Assembly: GCA_964016885.1 (NCBI GenBank)
Contig: OZ024757.1
Span: 35,836,001 to 35,900,000 of the forward strand
Length of the DNA stretch: 64,000 nucleotides
Source of the DNA: Eledone cirrhosa
Taxonomy: Eukaryota
Direction: 5' to 3'
Shown: positions 39,520 to 52,607 of the stretch, piece after piece
Numbering within the stretch: the stretch's first letter is position 1
How the letters are laid out: every line of letters begins with the position of its first letter
Program-made: the position numbers and the translations under genes
The notes under the pieces: generated by a model
What the model was told of the DNA's origin: nothing
The model's input: only the letters and a program-made list of their open reading frames with translations
The model's database searches: none

Positions 39520-42300
39520 AACTGATGTTATCATGACACTAGCATTGGATAAATTGTCATGTCTACAATTGTACCGTGTACACTAACTAACACTAGAGAA
39601 GTTGTTATGTCTGACACAACTGATGTTATGACACCAACATTAGAGAAGTTGTTATGTCTGACACAACTGATGTTATGGCACTAACACTAGAGAAGTTGTT
39701 ATGTCTGACACAACTGATGTTATGGCACTAACACTAGAGAAGTTGTTATGTCTGACACAACTGATGTTATGGCACTAACACTAGAGAAGTTGTTATGTCT
39801 GACACAACTGATGTTATGACACCAACACTAGAGAAGTTGTTATGTCTGACACAACTGATGTTATGGCACTAACACTAGAGAAGTTGTTATGTCTGACACA
39901 ACTGATGTTATGACACCAACACTAGAGAAGTTGTTATGTCTGACACAACTGATGTTATGGCACCAACACTAGAGAAGTTGTTATGTCTGACACAACTGAT
40001 GTTATGGCACCAACACTAGAGAAGTTGTTATGTCTGACACAACTGATGTTATGACACCAACACTAGAGAAGTTGTTATGTCTGACACAACTGATGTTATG
40101 GCACCAACACTAGAGAAGTTGTTATGTCTGACACAACTGATGTTATGTCTGACACAACTGATGTTATGACACCAACACTAGAGAAGTTGTTATGTCTGAC
40201 ACAACTGATGTTATGGCACCAACACTAGAGAAGTTGTTATGTCTGACACAACTGATGTTATGACACCAACACTAGAGAAGTTAAGTCTGACACAACTGAT
40301 GTTATGGCACCAACACTAGAGAAGTTGTTATGTCTGACACAACTGATGTTATGGCACCAACACTAGAGAAGTTGTTATGTCTGACACAACTGATGTTATG
40401 ACACCAACACTAGAGAAGTTATGTCTGACACAACTGATGTTATGACACCAACACTAGAGAGGTTATGTCAGACACAACTGATGTTATGACACCAACACTA
40501 GAGAGGTTATGTCAGACACAACTGAGGTTATGTCTGACACAACTGATGTTATGACACCAACACTAGAGAGGTTATGTCTGACACAACTGAGGTTATGTCT
40601 GACACAACTGATGTTATGACACCAACACTAGAGAAGTTAAGTCTGACACAACTGATGTTATGGCACCAACACTAGAGAAGTTGTTATGTCTGACACAACT
40701 GATGTTATGGCACCAACACTAGAGAAGTTAAGTCTGACACAACTGATGTTATGGCACCAACACTAGAGAAGTTGTTATGTCTGACACAACTGATGTTATG
40801 ACACCAACACTAGAGAGGTTATGTCTGACACAACTGATGTTATGACACCAACACTAGAGAGGTTATGTCTGACACAACTGATGTTATGACACCAACACTA
40901 GAGAAGTTATGTCTGACACAACTGATGTTATGACACCAACACTAGAGAAGTTGTTATGTCTGACACAACTGATGTTATGACACCAACACTAGAGAAGTTA
41001 TGTCTGACACAATTGATGTTATGACACCAACACTAGAGAAGTTGTTATGTCTGACACAACTGATGTTATGACACCAACACTAGAGAAGTTATGTCTGTCA
41101 CAACTGATGTTATGACACCAACACTAGAGAAGTTATGTCTGACACAATTGATGTTATGACACCAACACTAGAGAAGTTGTTATGTCTGACACAACTGATG
41201 TTATGACACCAACACTAGAGAAGTTATGTCTGACACAACTGATGTTATGACACCAACACTAGAGAAGTTATGTCTGACACAACTGATGTTATGGCACCAA
41301 CACTAGAGAGGTTATGTCTGACACAACTGATGTTATGACACCAACACTAGAGAAGTTGTTATGTCTGACACAACTGATGTTATGACACCAACACTAGAGA
41401 AGTTATGTCTGTCACAACTGATGTTATGACACCAACACTAGAGAAGTTATGTCTGACACAACTGATGTTATGGCACCAACACTAGAGAAATTATGTCTGA
41501 CACAATTGATGTTATGACACCAACACTAGAGAAATTATGTCTGACACAATTGATGTTATGGCACCAACAGTAGAGAGGTTATGTCTGACACAACTGATGT
41601 TATGACACCAACACTAGAGAGGTTATGTCTGACACAACTGATGTTATGACACCAACACTAGAGAAGTTAAGTCTGACAGAACTGATGTTATGACACCAAC
41701 ACTAGAGAGGTTATGTCTGACACAACTGATGTTATGACACCAACACTAGAGAGGTTATGTCTGACAGAACTGATGTTATGACACCAACACTAGAGAGGTT
41801 ATGTCTGACAGAACTGATGTTATGACACCAACACTAGAGAGGTTATGTCTGACACAACTGATGTTATGGCACCAACACTAGAGAAGTTAAGTCTGACAGA
41901 ACTGATGTTATGGCACCAACAGTAGAGAGGTTATGTCTGACAGAACTGATGTTATGACACCAACACTAGAGAGGTTATGTCTGACACAACTGATGTTATG
42001 ACACCAACACTAGAGAGGTTATGTCAGACACAACTGATGTTATGGCACCAACACTAGAGAGGTTATGTCTGACACAACTGATGTTATGACACCAACACTA
42101 GAGAAGTTAAGTCTGACAGAACTGATGTTATGACACCAACACTAGAGAGGTTATGTCTGACACAACTGATGTTATGACACCAACACTAGAGAGGTTATGT
42201 CTGACACAACTGATGTTATGACACCAACACTAGAGAGGTTATGTCTGACACAACTGATGTTATGACACTAACACTAGAGAGGTCATGTCGACATAACTGA
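39520..42300. repeat. 47/44-bp minisatellite (~60 copies)
   Basis: Unit ctgacacaactgatgttatgacaccaacactagagaagtt(gtt)atgt. Confidence 0.97.
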
Positions 42301-43680
42301 ATGGCATTTGACGGTCTTATTTATTTATCTATCTATCTATATATATATATGCATGGTTGTGTAACTCCTGGGGTTAGTAGGGGCACAGTATTATATCAGT
42401 TATGTCAGATAAGACAATCTCTTTAGTGTTAGTGTCTTGGTAACATACATGCACACGATAGAACATTGGACTGTAATATATAAAAAAATTAGTGTTATTA
42501 GGTTTACATTTTGGATGAAAGAGAGAAGTTCAACGTATCGGATCTTAGTCCTTTGTCAAGAGAGTACAAATAAATTAGAAAATAAAAAATAGAGAAAGAA
42601 GGACATGTCTTTGTGTGTGTGTATCAACCCTATATATTGGTGGAATGGTTTATATACAGGTTGCGATGGTGCGTCTGGTTATATTAACATTGTTTATGTT
42701 TGTGGTTTGTCTGTATCAAATATAAAAGAAATTATTAGTGACAAATATGTATCTGTTCATTATGTATCAATGCATTAAAAAGGACCAAACTCAACTTTAA
42801 GTTGGTCAGCTTATACGTATATACAATAAAGATAATTGTGAAGGTTTGTCACAGACCAATACATTATATTTGGAAGAAACATGCTGTTGAGTGCTTAAAT
42901 TAGATTGCATCATTATTCACTGAGCAGTGTGTTGCATACACAATCCTAATTAGTCAGTATATCATCATCATCATCATCACATGTTCGCTTTCTCTGCTAG
43001 CAAGAATTGGCCGGGTTTACATAGACTGTCAGTACTGAAGCAGGGCTACTGACTTCCCAGACAGGCTGAGGGGTCTGTATCTCGCTTATGCATGGTCATA
43101 TCTACAGAGAAGTTGTGTCTTTTGACACACTGAAGTGTTCTCCTAACCCCTTGTTTGGCAAGCTTTCTATGGCTGAATGCCCTTCCTAACACCAACCACT
43201 TTACAGTGTATACTGGGTGCTTTTACTATGTTGATCACCAACACTAAGATGTTGTCATGTCCTTGGCACAACTACAGGATCCTCCCAACCCTATGGTTGG
43301 CAAGCTTTCTACGGCTGGATGCCCTTCCTAACCACTTTACAGCCTGTACTGGGTGTGTTTATCGTGTATATCATCCCCTCTCCTCCACATGAAATAGCTA
43401 TTTATGAATGTAAAGCAAATGCTTATTGCATTTGTACAAATGAATTGTAATGTTATTTATTTTTATATACACAACTATTTATGTATTTTCACTTATAAAC
43501 TGAAAATAAAGCTTAGCTTGAATGTTCTTGTAAAAATCTACTTCACCCCACTTTCATCAGAGAATATTGGAAATATACAAGTGAGAAATTTGTTCTATTT
43601 TAAATCATAAAAAAAAAAATGTATTTTCCGAAGTAGATATTTTCTATAAACAAAGAAACTGAAAGTTATTTTAGCCCTAT

Positions 43681-43777
43681 AAGGGATATAAGGGTCACTG
43701 GGTAGAGGGTGGAGCGGTAAGCCTATAAGCTCCATCTATTAATATCCTTACCGCTCCACCCTCTATCCTGTGACCTT
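43681..43777. repeat. GC-richer ~40-bp imperfect inverted repeat
   Basis: aagggatataagggtcactgggtagagggtggagcggtaag / cttaccgctccaccctctatcctgtgacctttatacccctt. Confidence 0.85.
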
Positions 43778-44509
43778 TATACCCCTTTCTCTTCCTACTC
43801 CACCCACACCCCTTCTTTCTCCTGACCCCTTACCTGTCCAGATAAACTTACCACTGTCTGTCCCCCCACTTCCCCCATCTAACCAGTTTACTACTATTAT
43901 GAACTCAACCAAAGCACTACCAACACCAGTGACTTATTTTTTCATACCCTACAAATATTACTACACCCTTGAAAAGGTTTGCTGAACACACAAGCCAGAA
44001 CCACATGGTGCTGCAGTTGGGATTTTACATATCTATATGTCTATGAGGATCGATCGACTTTTGTCAAATCGGACCGAGGAAACAATGTTTTTGTCGGTCT
44101 TTCCAGTTGCTAATAAGTGGTCGTGGAGGTGCCACGGCAAAAAAGCACCCAGCCCACACTGTAAATGAGGTTGGTGTTAGGAAGGGCATCCAGCTGTAGA
44201 AATCAAGCCAAAATCAGTTCCTGTATGAGCAAGGCATGGTCAGCCGACCAGACACTGCCCACAACAGGACAACCCGTCTAACCCATGCTAGCATGGAAGA
44301 ACGGACGTAAAACGGTGATGATGATGATGATGATGATCTATCGGTCGCAACTCCAGGTAGAAGGAGCAACGTGAAATAAAGTGTCTTGCTCAAGGACATA
44401 ACGTATTGCCCGGTCCAGGAATCGAACTCACAACCTCAAGATTGTGAATCCAATTCTCTAACCACTCAGCCACACGCCTTATATATATATCCTTAATTAT
44501 ACACAATTC

Positions 44510-44640
44510 ACCACCATAGGCACTGAGCTGGCCAGCTGCAGGTGTGAGTTGGAATGGCTCTTCCAGCATGTCTCCCTTGCTGTCCTCCGGGGAAATGTCG
44601 TCTCCATTCTGTCCACCGGGGAGGCCACCAATATGATTGA
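44510..44640 (+). mobile_element. CRE-like (RLE-encoding) non-LTR retrotransposon C-terminal relic
   Basis: TTIGTELASCRCELEWLFQHVSLAVLRGNVVSIL; homologous to 50290-50500. Confidence 0.65.
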
Positions 44641-45003
44641 CTGACTTGTCATTTTATCAGTCAACTGTTGCTGTCGTTAACAACTGGTCATGAATGAAAT
44701 ATGTTTGATTACAGGTTTGCTCAATCAGAACTAAAAAATATTGACACCACTGTAGAGATAGCTTCAGCTTTAACCTCCTTTTGTTGTTCATCTACAGGTT
44801 CCTGTCTGCATTCACTAATCTGAGATATTTCTACCTCAGTTAACCAGCCTTTCCTCCTAATCACCCTCACTTGATTCGTTAAGTTTACTTTCAGACATCT
44901 TATCTCTCTCTATATACATAAACACACGTGAGTAATCATCATTTTCAGATGATCCTGCTGAGAGTGAAAGCAGAAATTATTTGTTTAAAATTTTAATCTG
45001 TTC

Positions 45004-45054
<51 letters not shown>

Positions 45055-45123
45055 TTATTTGTATATAATTAAGGATACACACATATATATAGTAAAATAG
45101 GGAAAAAAATTACTCGTGTGTGC

Positions 45124-45168
<45 letters not shown>

Positions 45169-45362
45169 TATTTGTGTATAATTAAGGGTTTAAGTAAACA
45201 AAGGGATATTTAATTTGTTGGTAATTCAATAAATATATTTATAACTGATTCGAAGCACTCAACAGATTTTCTGGAGTATAATATCAATGATATTACCCAG
45301 ACGAAACTTGAACCGTTAAGGTCTCATTCCTGGGTATGTCAATATTTATAAAACAAACTTTG

Positions 45363-45423
45363 TATTTTATTTGATGAGAGCGTACCAAAGTTTTGGTACC
45401 CTCGAAATATATATAATAGAATA
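45363..45423 (+). ncRNA. type I hammerhead ribozyme motif, family A (C3U variant)
   Basis: TATTTTAT TTGATGA GAG-C-GTACCAAA-GT-TTTGGTAC-C-CTC GAAA TATATA TA^ ATAGAATA. Flanks 45342-45354 and 45430-45442 can extend the helix. Confidence 0.7.
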
Positions 45424-45464
45424 AATATGGTTTTATAAATATAGTTTCCATTTATTAATATCAT

Positions 45465-45529
<65 letters not shown>

Positions 45530-45536
<7 letters not shown>

Positions 45537-46540
45537 GGGTTAGCCGAGTTATCCCGTTGTGAGACATGTCAGATCAGATGATCATGTCTTGCTCATACAG
45601 AACTGATTTTGGTTTGGTTTCTATGGCTAGATGCCCTCCCTAATACCAACCACATTTACAATGTGGACTGGGTGCTTTTTATCGTGACTTCAGCACGACC
45701 AATTTTCAGTGTGGACTGGGTGCTCTTTATTGTGAAACTTACAAGACCACTGTACAATGTGGACTGGGTGCTTTTTGTCGTGATACCTACACATCCACTT
45801 TACATTGTGTACTGGGTGCTTTTTGTCGTGATACCTACATGACCACTTTACATTGTGTACTGGGTGCTTTTTGTCGTGACACCTACACAATCACTTTACA
45901 GTGTGTACTGGGTGCTTTTTGTCGTGATACCTACATGACCACTTTACATTGTGTACTGGGTGCTTTTTGTCGTGACACCTACACAATCACTTTACAGTGT
46001 GTACTGGGTGCTTTTTGTCGTGATACCTACATGACCACTTTACATTGTGTACTGGGTGCTTTTTGTTGTGACACCTACACAATCACTTTACAGTGTGTAC
46101 TGGGTGCTTTTTGTCGTGATACCTACATGACCACTTTACATTGTGTACTGGGTGCTTTTTGTCGTGACACCTACACAATCACTTTACAGTGTGTACTGGG
46201 TGCTTTTTGTTGTGACACCTACATGACCACTTTACAATGTGGACTGGGTGCTTTTTGTCATGACACCTACATGACAACTTGACACTGTGTACTGGGTGCT
46301 TTTTGTCGTAACACCTCCATGACCACTTTACAGTGTGTACTGGGTGCTTTTTGTCGTGACACCTACATGACCACTTTACATTGTGTACTGGGTGCTTTTG
46401 TCATGACACCTACATCACCACTTTACATTGTGGACTGGGTGTTTTTTGTCCTGACACCTACATGACTACTTCACATTGTGTACTGGGTGCTTTTGTCATG
46501 ACACCTACATGACCACTTTACAGTGTGTACTGGGTGCTTT
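45530..46540 (-). repeat. 48-bp minisatellite (~18 copies, partly a 96-bp dimer) derived from the RTE/SINE 3' tail
   Basis: Unit ccactttacattgtgtactgggtgctttttgtcgtgacacctacatga grows out of the retroposon tail at 45530-45680. Confidence 0.9.
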
Positions 46541-46724
46541 ACGAAAGTTATAGTACATATGTTTATATTATGTACAACTAACAGCCTGATCACATGCATT
46601 TACCCTCACATATATATTCATGTATATATATATTTATATATAAGTTAATCCGGGTTCGATCGGAGATAACCACAATAAGTAAGGTACTCAATACATAGCG
46701 GAGTATAAATGTTTGATATAGAAA

Positions 46725-46775
46725 AGCTTCTACAGGACTAGAACTGTTTCATTCATGCGAAATCATCAGGAAGCT
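46725..46775 (-). ncRNA. type I hammerhead ribozyme motif, family B (complete)
   Basis: Reverse complement: AGCTTC CTGATGA T-TTC-GCAT-GAA-T GAAA CAG-TTCTAGTC-CTG TA^ GAAGCT. 6-bp stem I, 4-bp stem III, GUA triplet. Confidence 0.8.
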
Positions 46776-46818
46776 GATGATTTCGCATGAATGAAACAGT
46801 TCTAGTCCTGTAGAAGCT
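46774..46818 (+). ncRNA. hammerhead core, family B, mirror copy lacking the 5' strand of stem I
   Basis: CTGATGA tttcgcatgaat GAAA cagttctagtcctg TA gaagct; right arm of the palindrome 46712-46830. Confidence 0.6.
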
Positions 46819-46839
46819 TTCTATATTAAATATATATAT

Positions 46840-47150
46840 ATAAATGTAATGTGAGTTTTTCGAATATTAATAATAACATTCGATTCGTTTGCAATTTTGC
46901 AAACAAACCTCAATTTTATAGCCATGTCAGTAGAATGAGCCCCTCATTCTTGCTCTTGTGTTGGTATGTGAACAGAACTGCATAATTGCAAACGAATCGA
47001 ATGTTATTATTAATATTCGAAGGTTAACTTTGCCTTTCATCCTTACGGGGTCGATAAAATAAAGTACCAGTAACGCACTGGGTAATTGCTGGCCTTGTGC
47101 CTAAAGTAGAAACAATTATTAATATTCGGAAAACTCAGATTACATTTATT
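46840..47150. repeat. inverted repeat (38-bp perfect core) interrupted by a SINE B fragment with a 14-bp TSD
   Basis: 46859-46896 vs 46984-47021; SINE at 47020-47114; attattaatattcg at 47006 and 47115; the arm resumes after the SINE. Confidence 0.85.
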
Positions 47151-47178
47151 GTATTCAGGCATGTAGAGCGAAAATGTT

Positions 47179-47265
<87 letters not shown>

Positions 47266-47645
47266 CTATATACACACACACGTGATCAGGCTGTGCTGTC
47301 TGTTGTACAAAATATAAACATATGTACTATATTCTTCGCTCCACCCTTTTAAATGTGAACTCCAACATCACTACCATCCCACCATTCTGTTGACTCCCAC
47401 TATCTATTCCACATCCCCTTCAGTCTCTCTCTTCATGCTACTAAAGCCCAAATAATGAGAGAAGCCCAAATAATGAGAGGAGCAATTGAAAGTGTCATTA
47501 CTAATGCTATTTCTCTTTCATATCGATATATCTATCTTGCTATGTCCTCGTAGATACCCCCCCTCTCTCTCTCTCTATATATATACATATATATATATAT
47601 GTGTGTGTCTCTCTCTCTCTCTATATATATATATATTTGTGTGTA

Positions 47646-47694
<49 letters not shown>

Positions 47695-47808
47695 GTGTGT
47701 GTGTATGTCTGTGTGTCTGTCACTCTCTCTATATATATATACATATATATATATGTGTGTGTGTATATATATATATATATATGTGTGTGTATGTCTGTGT
47801 GTCTGTCA

Positions 47809-47856
<48 letters not shown>

Positions 47857-48564
47857 GTGTGATGTCTGTGTGTCTGTCACTCTCTCCGTGCACCTGACTT
47901 AGAAGTGATGTCAGCTGGTTGTTTAAACAGAAATCACGGGGTCGGGTCGGGGTAGTAGTGCAGGGGAGGTTGAAACAACAGCAATGACTGTGTGGAGTGA
48001 GGGTGGGGAAGGAATTACTACAATAAACCAACAGAAACCCTCCTCCTCTCCCCTTTTAAATTATGCAGATCCCTCCATTCTAAATTGCAGGGAAACTTGT
48101 TAACCGTGTGTGTGTGTGTGTGTGTTAACGTATAAAAATAGACTTCGATTTATAAGTGAAAAACCTGAATTGTTTATTGATTTTGAGAAGTGAAATTTTC
48201 ACCCTAGATAGATATGGAGTCCGTTGCTTGTGCCATGAATATGAGGAGAAATTTTCAAGAATGGAGTCTCCTATCTCCACCACAGCATCATCACAATCAT
48301 CATCATCATCATGAAGAATTGATGAGAGGGAGTCTTTCTTCCTGATTTCTTGACTTGCTAGTATTAACAGATCCCCACCACACACTCCCTGATAATATAT
48401 CTCCACCTCCACCCCACCTCTCACATAGTATTATGTGATGAAGTCCCAGTCATATAAATAGTTGGCTTATTCTTTAATTATACAGTCTGTTTGCTTCAAT
48501 AGGGTTGACCTAGGGTTAACAAATCATCATTGTCATCGCTCTACATGTTTTTGTCCAAACGGTT

Positions 48565-50218
48565 GATGTATATATAACACCAGAACACAGCTATAACAGT
48601 GTCAGTACTCTGTATTACAAGATGTAGCTTGATATATAACACCAGAATGCAGCTATAACAGTGTCAGTACTCTGTATTACAAGATGTATCTTGATATATA
48701 ACACCAGAACACAGCTATAACAGTGTCAGTACTCTGTATTACAAGATGTAGCTTGATATATAACACCAGAACACACCTATAACAGTGTCAGTACTTTGTA
48801 TTACAAGATGTAGCTTGATATATAACACCAGAACGCAGCTATAACAGTGTCAGTACTCTGTATTACAAGATGTATCTTGATATATAACACCAGAACACAG
48901 CTATAACAGTGTCAGTACTCTGTATTACAAGATGTAGCTTGATATATAACACCAGAACACAGCTATAACACTGTCAGTACTCTGTATTACAAGATGTAGC
49001 TTGATATATAACACCAGAACACAGCTATAACAGTGTCAGTACTCTGTATTACAAGATGTAGCTTGATATATAACACCAGAACACACCTATAACAGTGTCA
49101 GTACTCTGTATTACAAGATGTAGCTTGATATATAACACCAGAACACAGCTATAACACTGTCAGTACTCTGTATTACAAGATGTAGCTTGATATATAACAC
49201 CAGAACACAGCTATAACAGTGTCAGTACTCTGTATTACAAGATGTAGCTTGATATATAACACCAGAACACACCTATAACAGTGTCAGTACTCTGTATTAC
49301 AAGATGTAGCTTGATATATAACACCAGAACACAGCTATAACAGTGTCAGTACTCTGTATTACAAGATGTAGCTTGATATATAACACCAGAACACACCTAT
49401 AACAGTGTCAGTACTCTGTATTACAAGATGTAGCTTGATATATAACACCAGAACACACCTATAACAGTGTCAGTACTTTGTATTACAAGATGTAGCTTGA
49501 TATATAACACCAGAACACAGCTATAACAGTGTCAGTACTCTGTATTACAAGATGTAGCTTGATATATAACACCAGAACACAGCTATAACAGTGTCAGTAC
49601 TCTGTATTACAAGATGTAGCTTGATATATAACACCAGAACACAGCTATAACAGTGTCAGTACTCTGTATTACAAGATGTAGCTTGATATATAACACCAGA
49701 ACACACCTATAACACTGTCAGTACTCTGTATTACAAGATGTAGCTTGATATATAACACCAGAACACAGCTATAACACTGTCAGTACTCTGTATTACAAGA
49801 TGTAGCTTGGTATATAACACCAGAACACACCTATAACAGTGTCAGTACTCTGTATTACAAGATGTAGCTTGGTATATAACACCAGAACACAGCTATAACA
49901 GTGTCAGTACTCTGTATTACAAGATGTAGCTTGGTATATAACACCAGAACACAGCTATAACAGTGTCAGTACTCTGTATTACAAGATGTAGCTTGGTATA
50001 TAACACCAGAACACAGCTATAACAGTGTCAGTACTCTGTATTACAAGATGTAGCTTGGTATATAACACCAGAACACAGCTATAACAGTGTCAGTACTCTG
50101 TATTACAAGATGTAGCTTGATATATAACACCAGAACACAGCTATAACACTGTCAGTACTCTGTATTACAAGATGTAGCTTGATATATAACACCAGAACAC
50201 AGCTATAACACTGTCAGT
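48565..50218. repeat. 62-bp minisatellite (~26 copies)
   Basis: Unit gatatataacaccagaacacagctataacagtgtcagtactctgtattacaagatgtagctt. Confidence 0.97.
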
Positions 50219-50255
50219 CAATTAGATACCTAAATATGGAATGTTACGCGATGCC

Positions 50256-50290
<35 letters not shown>

Positions 50291-50513
50291 CCCCGGCGGA
50301 CAGGATGGAGAAGGCGTTCCCACGGAGGACTCGTGGGGTTCACACCTGCAGCTGGCCAGCTCAGTGCCTTTGGTGGTGAGTAGGGAGGTAGCCCTATGGC
50401 CGAGGACACCAGAAGTCTCCACTGCCAGGGGTACAACTGCCAACCTGTCGGAGAGTGACCGGTATTTGAGGAGCTTGGCCTCCTCAGCCTGACATGCACC
50501 AGAACCTGGGTTA
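50219..50513 (-). mobile_element. CRE-like RLE retrotransposon 3' fragment inserted in the last satellite unit
   Basis: GACQAEEAKLLKYRSLSDRLAVVPLAVETSGVLG; gtcagt duplicated at 50213 and 50514. Confidence 0.7.
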
Positions 50514-50539
50514 GTCAGTACTCTTTATTACAAGATGTA

Positions 50540-50875
50540 GGCACATGGCTTAGTGGTTAGAGCATTGGCCTTGCAATCGAAAGGTTGCGAGTTCAAATCT
50601 CAGACCGGGTGATGTGTTGTTTCCTTGAGCAAGACACTTTATTTCACATTGCTCCAGTTTACTCAGCTGTAGAAATGAGATGATAGGGACTGAGGTCCAT
50701 ATCACTCCATTGCAAAGTGGTCGTGGAGGTGTCACGGCAAAAAAGCACCCAGCACTCACTGTAAATGAGGTTGGGGTTAGGAAGGGCATCCAGCTGTAGA
50801 AATCAAGCCAGAATCAGTTCCCGTCCCACCCTTGCAAGCAAGGAAAAGCGGACGTAATATGATGATGATGATAAT
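50540..50875 (+). mobile_element. SINE family A
   Basis: Near-identical to the 21082 copy. Confidence 0.9.
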
Positions 50876-51581
50876 GAAGCAATTATAGCAGCAACAAAAA
50901 TGTAGAGTTCGGCGAGAGGGGATAGCCATGCTAGTGTGTCAAATGGACATTAAACAATGGTGGTATATTTCTGTCTATTATAATATGCTGGCTACAATAT
51001 GCATTGTTCAATCATATGTAATATTTAATTATTTTTCACACGGTTTCAGAAAGTGTAAACATTTTTGTGGTAATGTCATCCCCCTCCCCATATATATATA
51101 CACATACATATATATACACACACAAGTGTATTAACCCTTTAGCATTTACATTATTTTATATTTACTATTGTATTTTCAGAGTAAACACTTTATTTCACAT
51201 AATTATCGAATCTACGAGATTTTGATATTATTTATTTTGAGAACAAAACCTTGACATAAGTATGAGCAGCTAGTTATGACCAGTTTGAATAGAAAGAGGT
51301 GAGAGAATTCTGGCTGGATATGGCCAGTTTAAATGCTAAAGCGTTGTAAAAATGATACTTGTTTCATCATAGAAGCATATTCCCTGCTTCATGAGAGTAC
51401 CACAATTTGTTTGTATTTGCTCTGTATACGTATAACCACTCTCCCACACTATCTCTTCTTATTCAAGCCTTTATATATTATATAAACGAATTGAGTTATT
51501 CCTTTCTCTTAAAAACTGGCAATTACATTTTATTTCTCTACTTTCCTTGTTAATATAGTTCTACCTTTGATATATATATAT

Positions 51582-51779
51582 ATATATAGCTTTCACCGTA
51601 TTTTTGACTAAAGAAATGTTAGCCTGATAATGGGGTTTAAAACCCTCAGATAAATGTAAAAAGATGAGTATTGACGTACATGTACGTCAATACTCATCTT
51701 TTTACATTTATCTGAGGGTTCTAAACCCCATTATCAGGCTAAAATTCCTTTAGTCAAAAATACGGTGACAGCTATATAT
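51582..51779. repeat. zero-loop palindrome with ~99-bp arms (inner 40 bp perfect)
   Basis: Centre gacgtaca|tgtacgtc at 51680/51681; (TA)n flank. Confidence 0.95.
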
Positions 51780-51822
51780 TTTCTAATTTCAAACCTGCTC
51801 ACTGTTTCAAAACATACTTACT

Positions 51823-51870
<48 letters not shown>

Positions 51871-51872
51871 GA

Positions 51873-51921
51873 GCTTCTACAGGACTAGAACTGTTTCATT
51901 TGTGAGAAATCATCAGGAAGC
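51873..51921 (-). ncRNA. type I hammerhead ribozyme motif, family B (weak stem II)
   Basis: Reverse complement: GCTTC CTGATGA TTTCTCACAAAT GAAA CAG-TTCTAGTC-CTG TA^ GAAGC. Overlaps a 30-bp perfect palindrome at 51907-51936. Confidence 0.65.
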
Positions 51922-52041
51922 GCTTCCTGATGATTTTCTGATGATTCATATTAATAACTCTGGAAAATATTTTACTGTAGAGTGCTTCCAATCTACTGTA
52001 AAACTTATTCTTTGATGTACTCATTGAATCTTGTTTAACTG

Positions 52042-52123
<82 letters not shown>

Positions 52124-52607
52124 TGTACTCACTGTAAATGAGGTTGGCATTAGGAAGGACATCCAGCTGTAGAAATCAAGCCAAAATCAGTCCTTTATGA
52201 GCAAGACATGGTCACCTGACTTAGCATTGCCCACAACAGGACAACTTGTCTAACCCATGTTAGGGTGGAAAAATGGATGTAAAATGGTGGTGATATATAT
52301 ATATATATATATATATCTTTATAAATAGAGAGGGGGGGGATATTGTTTCCATGATGTGTATATGTGGGAAACATTACTGTTTTTACTGGGTTGTGTATGT
52401 TATTGCTGTTTATACTGGCATATATATGTATGTATGAATATGTGTGTGTGTGTGTGTGTATATATATACATACACACACATGTATATATCATATATATAT
52501 ATATAAATTACAAGTTGCTAATTGAGCAATTTTTATTAATAGATTGCAGTGTGCCTAACTTAGTTACCTCCTCCGTGTTTTGTTTAAAATAACACACACA
52601 TATTCTA

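Noticed and set aside
44790-44845. Acceptor-like tctacag followed by FLSAFTNLRYF as Vav exon 2
   Set aside because: Wrong phase for a phase-0 intron, early stops and poor similarity.
51350-51400. Minus-strand CTCATGA...GAAA hammerhead candidate
   Set aside because: Core mutated, stem II offset from GAAA, and no stem I.
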